DNA of 64,000 nt from assembly GCA_964521295.1 (NCBI GenBank), contig CAZFRF010000001.1, forward strand, positions 577,016 through 641,015. Direction: 5' to 3'. The notes below the pieces were generated by a model that was not told the origin of the DNA, ran no database searches, and saw nothing but the letters and a program-made list of their open reading frames with translations. Below are positions 11,839 through 21,151 of the stretch, one piece after another. The position numbers were made by a program, and so were the translations under genes. The stretch is from an uncultured Gammaproteobacteria bacterium (GTDB lineage: Bacteria > Patescibacteriota > Microgenomatia > Levybacterales > UBA12049). Every line of letters starts with the position of its first letter. Positions within the stretch are counted from its first letter, which is position 1.

Positions 11839-12342
11839 TTATATTTTTCGACTATCATATGCCCAATGTAAAATTGCTTGACGTTGACGAGGTCTACAAA
11901 CTAAATCACCTTTGCTGCAATTTTTCCTTACTTGGGCAATATGCCTTTTTATAGCTAACCATCTTTTTATCTGTCTTTCATCATCACTTGATCTTCTTCC
12001 TAAAAAATATCTACAATACCATTGAAACCAACCTCTAGGATCATCTTTCCAAATCCAGCCCTTTTTAAACCAAACTGATAAAGGTTGACTAGCATTAATT
12101 TTGAAATAATTTAAGTTCTTATCTGGACCATTGGGATCTAGCTTGGCTTTTTCAAACCAATCCTTAGGAAATTCATTAACGCAATCAGTCATATATCTTC
12201 CCCCAAATACACCCATTTCAAGCATTTGTTTGGGAGTCAATTCTGGTTTAAAAAGAGGATCAAAGTTTTTGCCCATGGGTTCTGTGAGAAAATAATAGTA
12301 ATCTTTTTGCATCTTGTCATTTACTACTACACGCTTTCTCAT
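11839..12342 (-). CDS. conserved uncharacterised protein (GVFGG...DPRGWFQWYCRY...RQAILHWAY family)
   Basis: 167 aa with dense, conserved-looking Trp/Arg motifs. Confidence 0.85.
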   Translation of the reverse strand: MRKRVVVNDKMQKDYYYFLTEPMGKNFDPLFKPELTPKQMLEMGVFGGRYMTDCVNEFPKDWFEKAKLDPNGPDKNLNYFKINASQPLSVWFKKGWIWKDDPRGWFQWYCRYFLGRRSSDDERQIKRWLAIKRHIAQVRKNCSKGDLVCRPRQRQAILHWAYDSRKI

Positions 12343-12344
12343 AA

Positions 12345-12608
12345 TTATTGACCTTTAATAGTATGTGCTAATAAATCTTGTAGTTCGCTCTGTAGCCCAG
12401 GGCTTTTTTTAAAAACTTTTAATCTTTCTAATGCCTGCGACTCAGTCAGTCCTCCAACCTTAGGTTTTTCAGCAAATGCTCTTAAGTTTGGCTTCCCCAT
12501 AAATGCAGTTTCGAATGCAGCTCTAACAACTCTTTCCCCATACCATCCCACAACTTGACCAACTCGGGAATGAACACCTAAATGCTTATTAATATACCTT
12601 TCAAGCAT
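12345..12608 (-). CDS. hypothetical protein
   Basis: Fills the gap before the divergent alaS; ATG 12608 has TATATT 6 nt upstream. Confidence 0.6.
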   Translation of the reverse strand: MLERYINKHLGVHSRVGQVVGWYGERVVRAAFETAFMGKPNLRAFAEKPKVGGLTESQALERLKVFKKSPGLQSELQDLLAHTIKGQ

Positions 12609-12690
12609 ATAAGAAATATATAGCACTAACTCTTATGAAGCACAATATTTAGTTAAGTTTAGCTTTGATATTTTTTGATATAATCAGCTT

Positions 12691-14469
12691 ATGAACGCAA
12701 AGCAAATAATTGATGCATATATTTCTTTTTTTGAAGAAAGAAAACACGTAAGGATAGCAAACTCTCCATTAATCCCAGATAATGATCCAACTACGCTTTT
12801 TACCTCAAGCGGAATGCAGCCATTAGTTCCCTATCTTCTTGGAGAAGCACACCCCTCAGGATCAAGACTAGTTAATGTTCAAAATAGCTTTAGAGCTCAA
12901 GATATAGAAGAAATTGGCGATAACAGACACACAACCTTTTTTAGAATGTTAGGCAACTGGAGCCTAGGAGATTATTTCAAAAAAGAAGAAATACCTTGGC
13001 TCTGGGAATTTTTAACAGTAACCCTAAAACTTCCTAAAGAAAAATTGTATATTACTGTTTTTGCTGGAGACGACAAAGTTGAAAAAGATTCTGAATCTTT
13101 TGAAATCTGGAAAAACTTAGTGCCCGAAGATAGGATCTTTTTTGCAGGCGTAGACAAAAACTGGTGGTCAAGAAGCGGAGTACCTAATAATATGCCCGTA
13201 GGCGAACCAGGCGGACCAGATACTGAAGTATATTATAAGTTCGATGATCTAGAACATGATTTTAGCTGCAAAGATAATCCGGTTGAGTGTGAATGCGGAG
13301 TATATCTAGAAATTGCCAATAGCGTTTTCATGCAATATTTAAAAACTGAAAATGGCTTTGAAAATTTACCAAAACAAAATGTAGATTTTGGCGGAGGATT
13401 AGAAAGGCTACTAGCTGCTACTGAAAACAAATCAGATATTTTCCAAACTTCCCTATTTTTCCCAATCATTAAGGCTCTAGAGGAAAAAACAGGTAAAAAG
13501 TACAATGAGCACGCTAAGGAACTTCGCATAATTACCGATCATCTAAGAGCAGCTATTTATTTAATTAATGCTGGAGTAATACCATCAAATAAGGAACGCG
13601 GATATATTTTAAGAAGACTTATTAGAAGAGCCGCTGACCACTTGAAAGATTTTGAACTAACCAAACTAGAAGAAATAATTACAGTAATTACTGACGAATG
13701 CTCTAAAACTGATGAGATTTTAAATGAAAATTACGAAACAATAAAAAATGCAATTTTAGAAGAATACACAAAATATGCTAAGGCAGTATCTGAAGCTAAG
13801 AAATTTGTGGAAAGAAAATATAAAAGAACTGGAGATGAAATTATGGGTCAAACCGTTGAAATATCGGCTGAAGACGCATTCAATCTTTATACTTCATATG
13901 GATTATCTCCTACACAAATTAAAAGTTTAGGCTACGCCTTTATTGAACAAGATTTCGCAAACCTTATGGAATCACATAAGAATCTATCTAGAACTGCATC
14001 AGCGGGAATGTTTAAGGGAGGACTTGCAGATCACAGCGAGAAGACTATCATGGGTCATACAGCCACTCATTTACTCCACCAAGCATTAAGAGATTTATTT
14101 GGCACTGATCTACACCAAACAGGCTCTAACATTACCACGGAGCGACTCAGGTTTGATTTCAATAAAGATACTTTACTTTCTGAGGAAGAAATAAAAAAAA
14201 TTGAAGAAATAGTAAGTAGTAAAATTGCGGCAAATTTACCAGTACATTTCGAGATGCTTCCTCTTGCTAAGGCTAAGGAAATCGGAGCAATAGGCCTATT
14301 TGATGATAAGTATGCACAAGATGTAAAAGTCTATTTTATAGGAGATTATTCTAAAGAATTTTGTGGCGGACCTCATGTTGACTTTACTGGGAAGATAAAA
14401 AGATTTAAAATAATTAAGCAAGAGAATCTTGGCAAAGGACAGAAAAGAATTTACGCTGTCGTTGGATAA
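12691..14469 (+). CDS. alaS: alanine--tRNA ligase (short form)
   Basis: DPTTLFTSSGMQP, HTTFFRMLGNWS, editing motifs HTATH and CGGPH; no C-Ala domain. Confidence 0.97.
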   Translation: MNAKQIIDAYISFFEERKHVRIANSPLIPDNDPTTLFTSSGMQPLVPYLLGEAHPSGSRLVNVQNSFRAQDIEEIGDNRHTTFFRMLGNWSLGDYFKKEEIPWLWEFLTVTLKLPKEKLYITVFAGDDKVEKDSESFEIWKNLVPEDRIFFAGVDKNWWSRSGVPNNMPVGEPGGPDTEVYYKFDDLEHDFSCKDNPVECECGVYLEIANSVFMQYLKTENGFENLPKQNVDFGGGLERLLAATENKSDIFQTSLFFPIIKALEEKTGKKYNEHAKELRIITDHLRAAIYLINAGVIPSNKERGYILRRLIRRAADHLKDFELTKLEEIITVITDECSKTDEILNENYETIKNAILEEYTKYAKAVSEAKKFVERKYKRTGDEIMGQTVEISAEDAFNLYTSYGLSPTQIKSLGYAFIEQDFANLMESHKNLSRTASAGMFKGGLADHSEKTIMGHTATHLLHQALRDLFGTDLHQTGSNITTERLRFDFNKDTLLSEEEIKKIEEIVSSKIAANLPVHFEMLPLAKAKEIGAIGLFDDKYAQDVKVYFIGDYSKEFCGGPHVDFTGKIKRFKIIKQENLGKGQKRIYAVVG

Positions 14470-14474
14470 TAACT

Positions 14475-16793
14475 ATGAAATTTTCGATACTGCCTAATTT
14501 ACAAAAGAAAGAAAACGTAGATTATTTTCTAGCGTTAATTTTAAGAAATGAAGCCGTAAAAGCTGTAATTTTTCAAAAATCTGAATCCACACTCAAATAC
14601 CTAAATCAAGGTCAAGCACACTTTGCAACCACAATCGAAGATGCTTCGATGGAAGAATTCTTAAACGCATTAGACAAAGCTATAACCTCTGCTGAATCAG
14701 TTTTGCCTCAAAATGTTGAAGCGCATAAAACCCTATATGGATTAAAAGATTCTTGGGTAGAAGATAATAAAATCAAAAAAGACTATTTAGAAAAATTAAA
14801 AAAAGCTGGTGAAGAATTAGCTCTTGATCCAATAGGTTTTTTAGTTTTTTCAGAAAGCATCGTTAATCTCCTACAAAAAGAGGAAGGTGCACCTGTTACT
14901 GCGATTCTTACTGAAGTCGGAGAAAAACTAGTAACCGTCTCATTAGTAAAAGCTGGGAGAATCTTAGAAGTAAGATCTTCTGAAATTCATGAATCGGTTG
15001 CTTTTACAGTAGATACTATTTTAAAACATCTTCAAACTCCAGAGGTTATGCCCTCAAGAATTATTGTATTTAATGGAGGAGCAAAAGATTTATCTCAAGA
15101 ATTCATTGGACATAAATGGAGCAAGAGCTTACCTTTCTTACACCTTCCTCAAACACTTAGCTTACCAAAAGACTCTGATATAAAAGCTGTCCTACTTGGA
15201 GCTGCTACTCAAATGGGAGCAAATTTAATTTTTGACCATACTAAACCAATAATTACTAATGACAATTTTGAAGAGGTTGAAAAAGAAACAGTTCTCAGGC
15301 CTAACGAGGAAGAAGCAAAACATGAAGAGGCAGCAGGAGAAATCGAAAAACCTAAGGAACTAGAAAATAAAGAAAACTTAGAACAAATAGATCAAGATAA
15401 TTCTTTAGATTATTTTGGTTTTAGCACGACTGACATTGCTAAAACTCAACCGCCTATAATTAGCAAAGCAGCAGAAAATATTCCCAGCGAAGTTTTAATT
15501 AAAGAAACTGAAGAAATTCCCGATGAAGTAAAATTTGAAGAAGAGAAAAAAGATGGAGTACCTGCTCTAGGTGTAATGACAGCCGAAAAAGCTAAAAAAT
15601 TTTCACTAAACTTACCTAAATTAATTTCACCTATTATGGCTATGCTAAAAGTGAATGGCGCAAAAGACAAAAAGATTTTCTTAATAATTGGCAGTATAGT
15701 AATTGCAGCTTTAGCTATATACTTCTTATTTATCTTTCAAACTAAAGCTGAAGTTACGATTTCTGTTAATCCTAAACAGGAATCAAAAACACTATCAGTA
15801 ACTTTTGAACCAGAAGGAACAACCAATTTAACAGATAATACAATTGCCGCAACTATAATTCCAATCGACGAAACAGGCTCTGTAACCATATCCACAACAG
15901 GCAAAAAAGATGTTGGCAATAAAGCTAAAGGTAAAGTAACTATTTTTAATAACGATACGGATGGAAGCGTCACTCTCCCTGCGGGAACAACTATAACTAG
16001 TAGCAATGGCTTAAAATTTGATTTAGATTCTCAGGTAAAAGTTGGCTCAGCAAGTGGAGATCTGTTCTCTGGAACAAAACCAGGAACAGCTGATGTTAAT
16101 GTTACCGCAGAAAGCATTGGAACGGAATCAAACTTACCATCAGATACTAAATTTACTGTTGGCAGCAGTAAAACAGTTGCAGCTAAAAACGACAATGCAT
16201 TTTCTGGTGGAACTAAAAAATCAGTAACAGTTGTTTCTAAAAACGACATCGCAAAGGCTGAAGAAAATCTACCTAAAGAATTAGCCAATAAAGCCAAAAG
16301 CGATATTCAATCGAAAGTAAATAAAGGCGAAACAGTTTTACCAGATTTTGTTAGCACAGACTTAACATCAGAAAAATTCAGTAAAAAAGTTGAAGAAGAG
16401 GCTTCTAATCTAACACTTAATGCAACGGTATCTTTTAATTATCTTTCATTTAAAGATTCTGATTTATCTGATCTTGCAGCTAAACTTTTCAACGATTCTA
16501 ATTTCAATATTCAAAAAAGTAATTTAACAACAAGTGCTAAAGATATTAAGGTACTTAAAACAAAAGACATTAGCGCTGATTTAACAATTAACGCTAAGCT
16601 TTTCCCAATAATTGACGTAACTAGCCTGACTAAAGAAATTGCAGGAGTTGATGTTCTAAAAGCAAAAAACACTTTGGGTAACCAAACAAATGTACAAAAT
16701 GTTGAAATTAACGTTCACCCTAACCTTCCTTTTATCGCTTCTAAACTTCCCAAAAATCCAAATAATATAAAGATAAATATAGTTTCTAATTGA
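14475..16793 (+). CDS. bitopic membrane protein: cytoplasmic N-domain (possibly degenerate FtsA/PilM-like), acidic linker, TM helix, baseplate-J-like extracellular region
   Basis: TM IFLIIGSIVIAALAIYFLFIF; KAKGKVTIFN...TLPAGT...VTAESIGTESN...FSGG pattern typical of baseplate J-like domains. Confidence 0.7.
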   Translation: MKFSILPNLQKKENVDYFLALILRNEAVKAVIFQKSESTLKYLNQGQAHFATTIEDASMEEFLNALDKAITSAESVLPQNVEAHKTLYGLKDSWVEDNKIKKDYLEKLKKAGEELALDPIGFLVFSESIVNLLQKEEGAPVTAILTEVGEKLVTVSLVKAGRILEVRSSEIHESVAFTVDTILKHLQTPEVMPSRIIVFNGGAKDLSQEFIGHKWSKSLPFLHLPQTLSLPKDSDIKAVLLGAATQMGANLIFDHTKPIITNDNFEEVEKETVLRPNEEEAKHEEAAGEIEKPKELENKENLEQIDQDNSLDYFGFSTTDIAKTQPPIISKAAENIPSEVLIKETEEIPDEVKFEEEKKDGVPALGVMTAEKAKKFSLNLPKLISPIMAMLKVNGAKDKKIFLIIGSIVIAALAIYFLFIFQTKAEVTISVNPKQESKTLSVTFEPEGTTNLTDNTIAATIIPIDETGSVTISTTGKKDVGNKAKGKVTIFNNDTDGSVTLPAGTTITSSNGLKFDLDSQVKVGSASGDLFSGTKPGTADVNVTAESIGTESNLPSDTKFTVGSSKTVAAKNDNAFSGGTKKSVTVVSKNDIAKAEENLPKELANKAKSDIQSKVNKGETVLPDFVSTDLTSEKFSKKVEEEASNLTLNATVSFNYLSFKDSDLSDLAAKLFNDSNFNIQKSNLTTSAKDIKVLKTKDISADLTINAKLFPIIDVTSLTKEIAGVDVLKAKNTLGNQTNVQNVEINVHPNLPFIASKLPKNPNNIKINIVSN

Positions 16794-17524
16794 TGATTAG
16801 ATATCATAAGCAAACCGGTAAAAAATTTAATAAAAAATTAATTTTAAGAATCATTAGCTTGTCAATTGTTTTATGTGGAACACTACTCGCTTTATATGTA
16901 TTTTTTCCAGTTCTATCTTGGCAAGTCTATTTTGCGCCTGTTTTTGCTAGCCAACAGATCAATGCTCCTATTCCTAAAAGTACGATAGTTTCCAAAGACA
17001 CGATCGGCTCACTCATTAGCGAGGCATCCCAAGCTCTTTCCGGAATTGACTACACTAATGCTGACAATTGGTTTCCTAGTTATAAATACTCTAATCAAAA
17101 TAAACCCAAAACTCTTAAATATACTCTAACAATCCCTAAAATTGAATTAAATGACGCGATTGTTTCAACCTTAGACAACGATCTTGCAAATCATTTAGTA
17201 AATTATGGTGGAACTGCTATTGCTCCTGAAAAGGGCAATGCCGTAATTTTTGGACACTCAACACTTCCTCAGCTTTATAACCCTAAAAATTACAAAACTA
17301 TCTTTACTTATTTATATAAACTTACAGAAGGCGACCAAATCATAGCTAAGGTTAATAATAAAAGCTATACGTACATTATAGAAAATATTTCAGTTGTTGA
17401 ACCAACTAATACATCAGTTTTGGAGCAAAGTTTTGATGATAGCTACTTAACTTTAATTACCTGTACTCCTCCTGGGACAATTTGGAAAAGATTAATAATT
17501 AAGGCAAGATTATCTAAGAATTAA
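16793..17524 (+). CDS. sortase family protein
   Basis: N-terminal TM, FGHS, LTLITCTPPG and KRL catalytic pattern; TGATG overlap with upstream gene. Confidence 0.92.
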   Translation: MIRYHKQTGKKFNKKLILRIISLSIVLCGTLLALYVFFPVLSWQVYFAPVFASQQINAPIPKSTIVSKDTIGSLISEASQALSGIDYTNADNWFPSYKYSNQNKPKTLKYTLTIPKIELNDAIVSTLDNDLANHLVNYGGTAIAPEKGNAVIFGHSTLPQLYNPKNYKTIFTYLYKLTEGDQIIAKVNNKSYTYIIENISVVEPTNTSVLEQSFDDSYLTLITCTPPGTIWKRLIIKARLSKN

Positions 17525-17525
17525 T

Positions 17526-17660
17526 ATGCAAGATTCAAGTTTACTAAGATTTTTAAAAAATATTTGGCCAAACATCTATAGATTTATTAATACAATATTT
17601 TATTATCTTTTTATGCTTATTAGGAACTTAATTAAAGGAATTTTAAGTCAAATTAAATAA
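17526..17660 (+). CDS. small hydrophobic/amphipathic protein, 44 aa (absent from ORF track)
   Basis: MQDSSLLRFLKNIWPNIYRFINTIFYYLFMLIRNLIKGILSQIK*; fills the gap with 1 nt on each side. Confidence 0.75.
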   Translation: MQDSSLLRFLKNIWPNIYRFINTIFYYLFMLIRNLIKGILSQIK

Positions 17661-17661
17661 T

Positions 17662-18936
17662 ATGGACGAAAAACATATTGCTATTAACGCAGTTAGAAAA
17701 AAACTTTTAGGCAAAAGGCTTACTTATGATGAAATCTACGCCATAATGGATGAGATATCAAAAAATAGATTTGGAGAAATTTTAACTACCTATTTTGCTG
17801 CATCTGGATATTCAAAAGGCTTCACAAATACTGAACTTTATTACCTTACTAAAGCCATGGTTGAAACTGGTGAAAGGCTTGAATTTGAAGGAATAGTAGC
17901 CGACAAACACTCTATTGGCGGAATCCCAGCAACCAGAACAACTCCCATAGTTGTAAGTATAGTAGCTGCTGCAGGGTTTAAGATTCCTAAAAGCTCTTCT
18001 CGAGCAATTACAAGCCCCGACGGTACTGCTGACGATATGGAAGTACTGGCTCCAGTTAATTTAAGCAAAGAAAAAATTTATTCAACAATTAAAAAAACTA
18101 ATGCCTGCATTGTATGGGGAGGAAGTTTTCATCTTGCACCAGCTGACGATGTAATTATCAACGTTGAAAAACCTTTATCTTTTGAAAGCTATGATAAAAT
18201 AGTAGTTTCAATAATGGCTAAAAAAATTGCTTTTGGCTCTAACCACATTGTTATTGATTTACCGTATGGAGAAAATGCCAAAGTACACTCACTAAAAGAA
18301 GCTCAAGAATTAAGTGGAAAATTTAATTTCTTAGCTGATAAATTTAAAATAAAAATAAGAGTTCTTATTTACAAAACTAACGAACCCGCCGGCAGAGGCA
18401 TAGGACCAATATTAGAAATTAAAGATTCTTTAATGGTCTTAGAACAAAAAGCAGATAGACCAATTGACCTGGAAGTAAGAAGCTTAAATCTTGCAAGTAA
18501 TTTACTTGAAATTTGCCTTGAAGATGCAGACAAGAAAACCCAAGAATTTGTAAAAAAACACTATGATAATACCTATAACTGGGCACTTTCAATTCTGCAG
18601 AATAAAACAGCTTTGGAAAAATTCAAGGAAATTATTAAGGCTCAAGGTGGAAATTCGCAAGTAAAATCTGAAGACCTTAAACCAGCAAAGCATTATTTTC
18701 AACAAAAAGCTCACCGTAATGGCGTAGTTGATAGTTTAAATATTAAAAATATTGCAAGTATCGCCAAGATCTTAGGCGCTCCTAAGATGAAAGGTGCGGG
18801 TGTGTATTTAAATAAAAAAATAGGAGAAAGCATTAAGATTGGCGATGTCTTATATACACTTTTTTCAGAAAATGTGTATAATCTTAAGGAAGGAAAGGAA
18901 TCAATAGAAAACTTTCCAATAATAAGTTACGAATGA
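17662..18936 (+). CDS. AMP/thymidine phosphorylase family protein (archaeal AMP-phosphorylase-like)
   Basis: DKHSIGG, KSSSRAITSPDGTADDME, LAPADD, SIMAKK motifs. Confidence 0.88.
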   Translation: MDEKHIAINAVRKKLLGKRLTYDEIYAIMDEISKNRFGEILTTYFAASGYSKGFTNTELYYLTKAMVETGERLEFEGIVADKHSIGGIPATRTTPIVVSIVAAAGFKIPKSSSRAITSPDGTADDMEVLAPVNLSKEKIYSTIKKTNACIVWGGSFHLAPADDVIINVEKPLSFESYDKIVVSIMAKKIAFGSNHIVIDLPYGENAKVHSLKEAQELSGKFNFLADKFKIKIRVLIYKTNEPAGRGIGPILEIKDSLMVLEQKADRPIDLEVRSLNLASNLLEICLEDADKKTQEFVKKHYDNTYNWALSILQNKTALEKFKEIIKAQGGNSQVKSEDLKPAKHYFQQKAHRNGVVDSLNIKNIASIAKILGAPKMKGAGVYLNKKIGESIKIGDVLYTLFSENVYNLKEGKESIENFPIISYE

Positions 18937-19892
18937 AAAAAATAATTATTACATTAATATTAGGACTAGTACTTATTATTATCGGATCCCTTTGGTGGAT
19001 TAATGGTAGCTTACCCGCTAATCCATCCGACAAATCCCCTAAAATATTTATTGTTAAAAAAGGTGAAGGAGTCAGAGAAATTGCTAATAACTTAAAAGCT
19101 CAAGGACTTATTAAAGATCCAATTGTTTTCTTTTTAACTACCAAGGAAAAAGGTTTGGATAAATTAATTCAAGCCGGAGATTTTAGACTTTTTTCATATA
19201 TGAATGCTGGACAAATTGCTGAAAGCTTAACTCATGGAACTTTAGATATTTGGGTAACCATTCCAGAAGGACTCAGAGCAGAAGAAATTGCTAATATTTT
19301 ACAAAAACATATGCCTTCATATGATCCTAGCTGGAATCAAGAATTAAACAAAAATGAAGGCTATCTTTTCCCAGACACCTATCTTTTCCCAAGAGGAGCA
19401 TCTGTAGATCAAATAATTACTATCATGCGTACAAATTTTCAAAATAAATATGAGTCTATTGCTGCAACCAAAACTACTAATCTCTCCGAAGAACAAACCG
19501 TAATTATTGCATCAATTATTGAAAGAGAGGCTATTTTTGCAGAAGACAGACCAATGGTTGCTTCGGTACTCATGAATAGAATAGGCTTAGGCATGGCTTT
19601 AGGAGTTGATCCAACAGTTCAATATGCGGTTGGTTATGATTCAGAATCAAAAAGCTGGTGGAAAAAAGATCTAACTGTTGATGATCTTGCAATTAATTCT
19701 CCCTACAATACTCGTAAGTTTGCTGGATTGCCACCATCAGCTATTTCTAATCCTGGAATTTCAGCTTTAAAAGCTGCTTTAACTCCACCTGAAACAGATT
19801 ATTTATATTTCTATTCTGATGTAAAAGGACATTTGCATTTCGCTAAAACCTTAGATGGACATGAGGCTAATATTAAGAAATATCAAGAGTAA
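18933..19892 (+). CDS. mltG: endolytic transglycosylase MltG (YceG)
   Basis: EGYLFPDTY, IASIIEREA, SPYNT, GLPPSAISNPG. Confidence 0.96.
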   Translation: MKKIIITLILGLVLIIIGSLWWINGSLPANPSDKSPKIFIVKKGEGVREIANNLKAQGLIKDPIVFFLTTKEKGLDKLIQAGDFRLFSYMNAGQIAESLTHGTLDIWVTIPEGLRAEEIANILQKHMPSYDPSWNQELNKNEGYLFPDTYLFPRGASVDQIITIMRTNFQNKYESIAATKTTNLSEEQTVIIASIIEREAIFAEDRPMVASVLMNRIGLGMALGVDPTVQYAVGYDSESKSWWKKDLTVDDLAINSPYNTRKFAGLPPSAISNPGISALKAALTPPETDYLYFYSDVKGHLHFAKTLDGHEANIKKYQE

Positions 19893-19893
19893 T

Positions 19894-20208
19894 TTACTTT
19901 TTAAATCTTCTGAAGAACTTCTTCTTTGGAGTTACTGACTCAACTTTTTCCGCAACTGTCTCTACTTCTTTTTTAACTTCATTTTTTGCAGCTTTTAAAT
20001 CTTCTTTTATTTCTGAATCTTCTTCCTCTTTTCCGCCAATATTATACTCATCCATCATATTAGAAATCCCTTCAATACCCTGTTCAGAAATAATTTTTAG
20101 AAGATTTTTACCAGATTTAGTACCGAGCAAGAATACTGCAGCCGCACCGATTGCTAAACCCAGCATAAAACCATCGAAGAAATGGTTGTTGTGATGTTGA
20201 TTATTCAT
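19894..20208 (-). CDS. YtxH-like protein
   Basis: FMLGLAIGAAAVFLLGTKSGK N-terminus; start at ATG 20208 overlapping the upstream stop. Confidence 0.75.
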   Translation of the reverse strand: MNNQHHNNHFFDGFMLGLAIGAAAVFLLGTKSGKNLLKIISEQGIEGISNMMDEYNIGGKEEEDSEIKEDLKAAKNEVKKEVETVAEKVESVTPKKKFFRRFKK

Positions 20209-20473
20209 GTTTTTTCTCGTGTTTTGTTCCTGTTTGGAATATCTTCGCAATAGTCGCCCCGGTTTTTAGCCCCATTGCAATTGTGGACAAAGAAGAAATT
20301 GGCTTAGAAATACTTTCAGAAATATTTCCTGCATCTTCTAAGACTTTATTTGCCTTTTCAACAGTTTTTCTAAGCTCTCTTAAGATAAAAAAAACTTGAA
20401 TTCCTAATACCACAAGGAGAACTGTGAGGATAATTATTACTAAAAATAGAGCTGTTTGGGCAGGATCAGTCAT
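20201..20473 (-). CDS. DUF948/YoxC-like membrane-anchored coiled-coil protein
   Basis: N-terminal TM then ELRKTVEKANKVL heptads; paired with a YtxH-like gene. Confidence 0.7.
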   Translation of the reverse strand: MTDPAQTALFLVIIILTVLLVVLGIQVFFILRELRKTVEKANKVLEDAGNISESISKPISSLSTIAMGLKTGATIAKIFQTGTKHEKKHE

Positions 20474-20504
20474 GAATATAAGTTAACTTAAAATGGCAAA
20501 AAGG

Positions 20505-21143
20505 TCAATAGGCAGGTTTTACAATAATTGATTTTTTAATTTCAGAAATTCTACCAAATTTATTTATTGCCTTTATATTGATCGTAAAATCTCCCGGAAA
20601 TACATTTAATGATTTAATAAATCTACCATTATCACTAACTGTGACTGCTTCTTTATTTACATAAATAGCAGAATTTGGATCAGTACTACCAGAAACAATT
20701 ATCTCTGTTGTCTTAACAACGCTTTCTTTAGGTAAATAAAGTTGAAGTGGTGGGTTAATAAAAGCATAGCGATATTGATAAATAATGTAAAAAATGAAAA
20801 AAACAAATATTACGGCACCGATAAGTAAGGTTTGCCTAATCCTAAATCCACGAGCAGGAAAATTATCTTTGGTTTCAAAACCTTTAGGCAAAACTCTGTA
20901 AGCTTTCTCGCTATCATATTCTCTTTTAAATATTGGCATTATTTCTTTATCGGGAATGCCGAGAAATTTAGCATAATTTTTAACAAATCCTTGAGCATAG
21001 GAAACAGAAGGAAGCTTGGAATATTCTCCTTTTTCAATATACTCCAAAAAAATTACTTTTATTTTCGTATTCTTAGCAACCTCATCTAGGCTAATGCCCT
21101 GTTCTAACCTAGCTTCTTTGAGTCTTAATCCAGCTTTTAACAT
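20505..21143 (-). CDS. RodZ-like HTH-TM protein with Ig-like C-terminal domain
   Basis: LKEARLEQGISLDEVA...LPSVSYAQGFVKNYAKFLG, central TM; follows ftsK. Confidence 0.85.
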   Translation of the reverse strand: MLKAGLRLKEARLEQGISLDEVAKNTKIKVIFLEYIEKGEYSKLPSVSYAQGFVKNYAKFLGIPDKEIMPIFKREYDSEKAYRVLPKGFETKDNFPARGFRIRQTLLIGAVIFVFFIFYIIYQYRYAFINPPLQLYLPKESVVKTTEIIVSGSTDPNSAIYVNKEAVTVSDNGRFIKSLNVFPGDFTINIKAINKFGRISEIKKSIIVKPAY

Positions 21144-21151
21144 AGGCGGTT

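Noticed and set aside
14475-16793. Prophage or contractile injection system
   Set aside because: No sheath, tube, capsid, terminase or integrase genes; the baseplate-like domain is membrane-anchored in a housekeeping operon.
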